Below are positions 58,917 through 64,000 of a stretch of 64,000 nucleotides of DNA, one piece after another; within the stretch, counting starts at the first letter, position 1, and the number at the start of each line of letters is the position of its first letter. The stretch lies in contig DATBLN010000181.1 in NCBI GenBank assembly GCA_036555345.1, positions 5,112 through 69,111 on the forward strand. Reading direction: 5' to 3'. This DNA is from Steroidobacteraceae bacterium. GTDB taxonomy: Bacteria > Pseudomonadota > Gammaproteobacteria > Steroidobacterales > Steroidobacteraceae. The notes under the pieces were generated by a model. That model made no database searches. It saw only the letters and a program-made list of their open reading frames with translations, and was not told the DNA's origin. The translations under genes and the position numbers were made by a program.

Positions 58917-61262
58917 TCACTCCTTCGGGCCGAAATGGTGCCCTTCGCCGGGCGACGACGACCACACCGTGTAGGTCTGCGGCGGCTTGTAGCTCTCGGC
59001 CGGCTGCGGAGCCGGGACGGGCGGCGGTGCCGGGACCGCTTCTGCCGGATGCTCCACCGCTGGCGCCGCGGGCACGGATTCGCGCGCCTCCGGCTCGCCG
59101 TTGCCCGCAGCCGTGCCCTGCGGCTCGCCGCCCATGCGTCCGTCCTGGCGATCGCGCCCGCCGCGGCCGCGGCGCCGCCGGCGCCGCCGGCGCGGCTCGC
59201 CCGCGATGTCCGTGCTGGGCGCCTCCGCGGCCTGGGCCGGCGGCGGAGTCTCGGCCGCCCGGTCGCGCTGGCGGTCCGCCTCGTCTCGCCCGCGCGCCTG
59301 GCGCGCCCGGTCGTCGCGATGGTCATGCCCGCGGTCGCGGCCGCGCTCGCGTTCCCGGTCGCGATCGTGCTCGCGATGACGGTCACGGTCGCGGTCGCGA
59401 TCACGGTGACGGTCACGATCGCGGTCACGGCGCGGGCCGCGCTCGCCTCGATGATGTCGCCGACCGCCACGCTCCTCGTGCCGGTCGTGGCCGTGCCGGC
59501 CCGGACGATGCTCTTCGCGGCGCGATGGGGCGCTGCGTGACTCGGCCTTCGCAGGCTCGCCGGCCCCGCCACGGAACAGTGCGACGAGGCGCGCCCAGAA
59601 GCCCGGCCCTGCGGGCTCGCGGGCGACCGGCGCGACAGGTGCCGGCGCCGGCGCCGCGGGGGCGATCGCCTGCACGGCCGGCGGCGCCGCGGGCGGGTGC
59701 TTCTCGGCCTGCGACTTGAAGTCGAGTTCGACGGGTCCCTGGTGCGCGATCTGGTAGCTGACGGCCGCGTTCTCCGGGAGCGCCATTTCGTCGTCCCGCA
59801 CCCGGCGGATCGAGTAGTTGGGCGTCTGCATGTTCGGGTCGGGCACCAGCACGATCGCGGCCTCGCGCTGGCTCTCCAGCCGGTGCAGCCACTCGCGCTT
59901 CTCGTTGATCAGGAAGGTCGCGACGTCCACCGGCAGCTGGGCGACGACGCGGGTGGTGCGTTCCTTGCGCGCCTCCTCACCGATGAGCCTCAGCACGGCC
60001 AGCGCCATGGACTCGACGCTGCGGATGGTTCCCATGCCGCTGCAGCGCGGGCAGACCATGTGCGTGGACTCGCCCAGCGACGGCCGCAGGCGCTGGCGCG
60101 ACATCTCCATGAGCCCGAAGCGCGAGATGCGCCCGAGCTGGATGCGCGCCCGGTCGGAGCGCACCGCGTCGCGCAGGCGCTCCTCGACGTCCTGCTGGTT
60201 CTTCTTCGACTCCATGTCGATGAAGTCGATGACGATCAGGCCGCCGAGGTCGCGGATGCGCAGCTGCCGGGCGATCTCCTCGGCCGCTTCCAGGTTGGTG
60301 TTGCAGGCCGTGGTCTCGATGTCGGCGCCGCGCGTGGCGCGCGCGGAGTTGATGTCGATCGAGACCAGCGCCTCGGTGTAGTCGAACACGATGCTGCCGC
60401 CGGAGGGCAGCGTGACGGTGTGCGAATACGCCGACTCGATCTGGCTCTCGATCTGGAAGCGCGTGAACAGCGGCACGTCGTCGGTGTAGAGCTTGATCTG
60501 CCGCAGTGCGTCGGGCGACATGAACCGCTGCACGTACTCGAGCGCGCGGGCATGTGACTCGGGCTCGTCGATCAGCACCTCGCCGATGTCGTCCGACAGG
60601 TAGTCGCGCAATGCGCGCGTCACGGCGTCGCTCTCCTGGTAGACCAGGAAGGGCGCCGTGCGCTCGGCCGAGGCAGTCACGATCGCGTCCCAGTTGGCGC
60701 GCAGCGTGTCCAGGTCCCACTGCAGTTCCTCGGGGCCGCGGCCGACGCCGGCGGTGCGCACGATCGTGCCCATGCCCTCCGGCACCCGCAGCTGGTCGAG
60801 CGAGTCCCTGGTGACGTCACGTTCCTCGCCCTCGATGCGCCGCGACACGCCCCCGGCGCGCGGGTTGTTCGGCATCAGGACCAGGAACCGGCCCGCCAGG
60901 GAGATGAAGGTCGTGAGCGCCGCACCCTTGTTGCCGCGCTCCTCCTTCTCGACCTGCACCAGGAGTTCCTGTCCCTCCTGCAGCACGTCGCGGATGTTGA
61001 AGCGGGCGCCGGGCGCCGGCTGGAAGCGGAAGTACTCGCGGGCGACCTCCTTCAGCGGCAGGAATCCCTGGCGCTGGGAGCCGTACTCGACGAAGGCCGC
61101 CTCCAGGCTGGGCTCGACGCGCGTGACGCGCGCCTTGTAGACGTTGCCCTTCTTCTGCTCGCGGGACGGGAGATCGATCGACAGGTCGTACAGCTTCTGG
61201 CCGTCAACCAGAGCGACGCGCAACTCCTCCTGCTGGGTTGCGTTGATCAGCATTCTCTTCAT
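58917..61262 (-). CDS. rne: ribonuclease E
   Basis: 781 aa. The S1, DNase-I-like and Zn-link (CPRCSGMG) catalytic half is followed by a disordered Arg-rich C-terminal half. It is divergent from rluC, as in E. coli. Confidence 0.93.
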   Translation of the reverse strand: MKRMLINATQQEELRVALVDGQKLYDLSIDLPSREQKKGNVYKARVTRVEPSLEAAFVEYGSQRQGFLPLKEVAREYFRFQPAPGARFNIRDVLQEGQELLVQVEKEERGNKGAALTTFISLAGRFLVLMPNNPRAGGVSRRIEGEERDVTRDSLDQLRVPEGMGTIVRTAGVGRGPEELQWDLDTLRANWDAIVTASAERTAPFLVYQESDAVTRALRDYLSDDIGEVLIDEPESHARALEYVQRFMSPDALRQIKLYTDDVPLFTRFQIESQIESAYSHTVTLPSGGSIVFDYTEALVSIDINSARATRGADIETTACNTNLEAAEEIARQLRIRDLGGLIVIDFIDMESKKNQQDVEERLRDAVRSDRARIQLGRISRFGLMEMSRQRLRPSLGESTHMVCPRCSGMGTIRSVESMALAVLRLIGEEARKERTTRVVAQLPVDVATFLINEKREWLHRLESQREAAIVLVPDPNMQTPNYSIRRVRDDEMALPENAAVSYQIAHQGPVELDFKSQAEKHPPAAPPAVQAIAPAAPAPAPVAPVAREPAGPGFWARLVALFRGGAGEPAKAESRSAPSRREEHRPGRHGHDRHEERGGRRHHRGERGPRRDRDRDRHRDRDRDRDRHREHDRDRERERGRDRGHDHRDDRARQARGRDEADRQRDRAAETPPPAQAAEAPSTDIAGEPRRRRRRRRGRGGRDRQDGRMGGEPQGTAAGNGEPEARESVPAAPAVEHPAEAVPAPPPVPAPQPAESYKPPQTYTVWSSSPGEGHHFGPKE
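59307..59432 (-). repeat. coding low-complexity repeat: Arg-Asp (RD/RE/RH) dipeptide array inside the rne C-terminal domain
   Basis: It encodes [42 protein letters not shown] (aa 611-652). At the DNA level it is an imperfect 6-nt periodic array built from gtcgcg, gtcacg and atcgcg units. Confidence 0.8.
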
Positions 61263-61652
61263 GGGCCCCTTCCGAGGTGGTGGGGGCCGTGTCGCGCGGG
61301 CTGGCGAATCGCTTTGCGAGGGGAGACTCGAAGCGGTGCTCGCGTGGATCCCGCGCGCGCGGCACGGGGCCGCAGCCTCTGGCTGCGGGCCATCGCGTTC
61401 CTGCGCGCTCGGGCGAGATCAACACGCGGACATCACAATCCGTGCGAACGGCCGGCGATGGTCCGGGCTCGCCGGACCAACTAACATGCGGCCTGCCCGC
61501 TGCGACGCCGGGAATGAACCTGGGTCGAATGGGGAGGGACCGCGTACCGGTCAGCGGCCACGCTTCGCTGTCTGAAGCCTGCGCCGTAAGACCTGATTGG
61601 CGGTTACGATACCAGCCTTGCGCCCGGAAAATCAATACGTTAGGGGGCACCG
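61263..61652 (-). promoter_or_regulatory. long rne 5' leader plus the rne/rluC divergent promoter region
   Basis: This 390-nt non-coding gap is the longest in the window. E. coli rne has a ~360-nt autoregulatory 5' UTR in the same context. Clear hairpins are present at 61370-61388 (8 bp) and 61460-61478 (7 bp). Confidence 0.45.
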
Positions 61653-62633
61653 GTGACATCCGATCGAAGCTCCGGGCCCGGCGTGCGAAAGGTCCGGGCG
61701 GGGATCGCCGGCGAGGGTCAGCGTCTCGACAATTTCCTGCTGCGCCAGCTCGCCGGCGTGCCGAAGAGCCGCGTGTACCGGCTGCTGCGCCGCGGCGAGG
61801 TGCGGGTCAACGGCAAGCGCAAGGGGCCCGACTACCGGCTGGCGGCGGACGACGAGGTGCGGCTGCCGCCCGTGCGGCTCGCAGCCGCCGGAGAGCCGGC
61901 GGTCCGGCGCGTTCCGGATGCGCTGCAGGCGACCGTGCGCGCGTCCATCGTCCACGAGGATGCGCGCGTGCTGGTGCTCGACAAGCCGGCGGGTGTGGCC
62001 GTGCACGGCGGGTCCGGGCTCGCTTTCGGGGTGATCGAGGCCCTGCGCGCCCTGCGTCCCGAGGAGCCGCTCGAGCTCGCGCACCGGCTCGACCGCGACA
62101 CCAGCGGCTGCCTGCTGGTCGCGCGCACGCGGCCGGCGCTAAGGGTGCTGCACGCGCTGATGCGCGAAGGGGCAGTGGAGAAGCGCTACACCACATTGCT
62201 GGCCGGGAGGTGGCGGCTCGGGCGCAAGACCATCGATGCGCCCGTCCTGACCCACCAGCGCCAGGGTGGCGAGCGCATGGTGCGCGTGCATGCCGCCGGC
62301 AAGCTGGCCGTCACGGATTTCGCGCCGCGCGAGGCGTTCGGCGACGTCGCGACGCTGATGGACGTCGCCATCCACACCGGGCGCACGCACCAGATCCGCG
62401 TGCACGCGGCGTTCGCGGGCCATCCCGTCGCCGGTGACGAGAAGTACGGAGACCGCGCGGCCAACGCGACGTTCCGCGAGCTCGGCCTGCGCCGCATGTT
62501 CCTGCACGCCGCATCGGTCGCGTTCACCTGGCCCGACGGCGGCGGGCCGTTTCGCGCGGCGGCGCCGCTGCCGGCGGATCTCGCGGCGCTGCTCGACTCG
62601 CTGCGGCGCCGGTCCGGCGCGGCTAGCCGCTGA
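61653..62633 (+). CDS. rluC: 23S rRNA pseudouridine synthase RluC (RluA family)
   Basis: GTG start. The S4 domain reads QRLDNFLLRQLAGVPKSRVYRLLRRGEVRVNG, and the catalytic motif is HRLDRDTSGCLLVA. It is divergent from rne. Confidence 0.88.
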   Translation: MTSDRSSGPGVRKVRAGIAGEGQRLDNFLLRQLAGVPKSRVYRLLRRGEVRVNGKRKGPDYRLAADDEVRLPPVRLAAAGEPAVRRVPDALQATVRASIVHEDARVLVLDKPAGVAVHGGSGLAFGVIEALRALRPEEPLELAHRLDRDTSGCLLVARTRPALRVLHALMREGAVEKRYTTLLAGRWRLGRKTIDAPVLTHQRQGGERMVRVHAAGKLAVTDFAPREAFGDVATLMDVAIHTGRTHQIRVHAAFAGHPVAGDEKYGDRAANATFRELGLRRMFLHAASVAFTWPDGGGPFRAAAPLPADLAALLDSLRRRSGAASR

Positions 62634-63210
62634 GCGGATCGAGCCCGGCGGCGCGGAGCGCATCCGCCACCCAGATCAGCGGCAGGCCCACGAGCGCGGT
62701 CGGATCGCGGGTCTCGACCGACTCGAACAGGGTGACCCCGAGGCCCTCGCTGCGGAACCCGCCCGCGCAATCGAAGGGCGCATCCCGTTCCACGTAGCGG
62801 GCGATCTCGTCCTCCGTCAGGGACCGGAACCGGACCGTCGTCTGGTCGATGAAATCCCGCACCACCGGCGGCTCGGCACGCAGCAGGACGACGGCCGTAT
62901 GGAACTGCACGGCGCGGCCACTGCTCGCCCGCAACTGCGCGCGGCAGCCAGCGGCATCCCCGGGCTTGTCGAGCACGAGACCCCCGCAATCGGCCACCTG
63001 GTCGGAACCGAGCACGAGCGAGCCTGGATGCCGCGCCGAGACCGCCGCCGCCTTGGCGCGCGCCAGGCGCAGGGCGCGAGCGGCGGGTTGTTCAGCCACC
63101 GCCGGCGTTTCGTCCACCTGCGGCGCTTCGACTGCGAACGGCACGCCGAGCCGTTCCAGCAGCCGGCGCCGGTAGGGGGACGTGGAGGCCAGCAGCAGGG
63201 TGGCCGCCAT
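62623..63210 (-). CDS. maf: Maf-like nucleoside triphosphate pyrophosphatase (YceF position)
   Basis: 195 aa. LLLASTSPYRRRLLERLG is present. It lies between rluC and yceD, as E. coli yceF does. Confidence 0.88.
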   Translation of the reverse strand: MAATLLLASTSPYRRRLLERLGVPFAVEAPQVDETPAVAEQPAARALRLARAKAAAVSARHPGSLVLGSDQVADCGGLVLDKPGDAAGCRAQLRASSGRAVQFHTAVVLLRAEPPVVRDFIDQTTVRFRSLTEDEIARYVERDAPFDCAGGFRSEGLGVTLFESVETRDPTALVGLPLIWVADALRAAGLDPLSG

Positions 63211-63254
63211 CGGCGATCAGTGCTTGAAAAACAAGGATTTGCGCGACAAGTTTT

Positions 63255-63283
63255 TTGACACCCCTGGCCCTGCTCACTATGAT
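63255..63283 (+). promoter_or_regulatory. near-consensus sigma-70 promoter TTGACA-17 nt-TATGAT upstream of yceD-rpmF
   Basis: TTGACA at 63255-63260 is followed by an exact 17-nt spacer and TATGAT at 63278-63283. An AT-rich UP-like stretch (gaaaaacaaggatttgcgcgacaagtttt) lies upstream. The yceD ATG begins 10 nt after the -10 hexamer. Confidence 0.6.
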
Positions 63284-63292
63284 ACCGCCCCC

Positions 63293-63814
63293 ATGCCGCG
63301 GCCCTGGGACGCGCTGCTGAATGCAGAGGGCCTGGCTGCGGCCGGGACGGTCATCGAGCGGGAGTTCCAGATCGCCGATTTCGCGCGTCTGGCCGATCGC
63401 CTGGCCGGACCCGACGGGACGGTCGCCGCGCGGCTCGCCCTCGGCAGGAGCGAGGGTGTCGTCACGGGCGACCTGCGGGTGCGGGCGAGCGCTCAGTTGA
63501 CCTGCCAGCGCTGCCTGGCGCCGATGCCCCGCACGGTCGAGTCGGAATCGCGCCTGGCGTTCGTCGAGTCGGACGACGCGCCGGTGCCGGCGGATCGCGA
63601 GGCGATCGCCTGCGACCCGGGACGGCTCGACCTCGCGGCGCTCGTCGAGGACGAATTGCTGCTGTCGCTGCCGCTGATCGCGCGGCACGCGGAAGGCGAG
63701 ACCTGCGGGCCGGCGGACGGCGCTGCGGCGCGGGCCGCGGACGAGCGGGCGAATGCCGCGCCGGAGGCGATGCGGCGGCCGTTCGCGGGACTCAAAGAAT
63801 TGCTGAAGCACTGA
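63293..63814 (+). CDS. yceD: DUF177 protein YceD (large-subunit rRNA accumulation protein)
   Basis: 173 aa from ATG 63293. LTCQRCLAPM and DELLLSLPLIARH are typical of YceD, and the gene lies directly upstream of rpmF. Confidence 0.88.
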   Translation: MPRPWDALLNAEGLAAAGTVIEREFQIADFARLADRLAGPDGTVAARLALGRSEGVVTGDLRVRASAQLTCQRCLAPMPRTVESESRLAFVESDDAPVPADREAIACDPGRLDLAALVEDELLLSLPLIARHAEGETCGPADGAAARAADERANAAPEAMRRPFAGLKELLKH

Positions 63815-63837
63815 ACGTTGACCGGAGTTGAACTTCC

Positions 63838-64000
63838 ATGGCCGTACAGAAAAGTCGCAAGACGCCTTCCAAGCGCGGTATGCACCGCTCGCATGACCGG
63901 CTCGGCAAGCCGGCGCTGTCGAAGGATCCCACCACGGGTGAAACCCACCTGCGCCATCGCATCAGCCGCGACGGCTTCTACCGCGGGCGCCGCGTGATAG
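63838..64000 (+). CDS. rpmF: 50S ribosomal protein L32 (3' end runs off the window)
   Basis: It is not in the ORF track because no stop lies within the window. ATG 63838 gives [54 protein letters not shown]. Confidence 0.93.
   Translation, partial: MAVQKSRKTPSKRGMHRSHDRLGKPALSKDPTTGETHLRHRISRDGFYRGRRVI

Overview
This is a very GC-rich (about 70% by eye) bacterial chromosomal window that is almost entirely coding. I call 66 CDS, 52 of them on the + strand. I recognise no rRNA, tRNA, CRISPR array, IS element or prophage. The content is a chain of classic gammaproteobacterial housekeeping blocks: dnaE-accA-tilS; pyrG-kdsA-eno-ftsB-ispD-ispF-truD, then smr on the opposite strand, then surE-pcm-nlpD; recJ-prfB-lysS; ygfZ divergent from sdhCDAB-sdhE-ygfX; rpoE-rseA-rseB-lepA-lepB-rnc-era-recO-pdxJ-acpS; rlmD-nagZ; mfd; two lolC/E permeases plus lolD; comEC-exbB-exbD-msbA-lpxK-ycaR-kdsB; and rne/rluC/maf/yceD/rpmF. 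Three details look Xanthomonadales-like, though this is inference only: tilS abuts a pilE-pilY1 block, nlpD is not followed by rpoS, and exbBD-msbA-lpxK-kdsB-ptp are linked. The only accessory-type locus is a seven-gene type IV pilus minor-pilin/PilY1 operon on the minus strand (4700-11643). I did not find a convincing new multi-gene system, and most of the window is ordinary core genome. The leads worth a second look are: (1) an unassigned secreted ORF between pilX and pilY1; (2) a thioredoxin-fold ORF with no canonical start codon in the position where rseC normally sits; (3) a PolB-exonuclease-like DEDD protein welded into a seven-gene chain with no intergenic bases; (4) an RD-dipeptide repeat and poly-Arg tract in the RNase E C-terminal domain; (5) several operon-first genes with a -10-like hexamer 5-9 nt upstream of the ATG and no Shine-Dalgarno, which may be leaderless; and (6) convergent gene pairs with 1-3 nt spacing or overlap and no room for terminators. 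The ORF track splits prfB because of its programmed +1 frameshift. The many 200-1250-aa antisense or out-of-frame ORFs in the track are GC-content artefacts.
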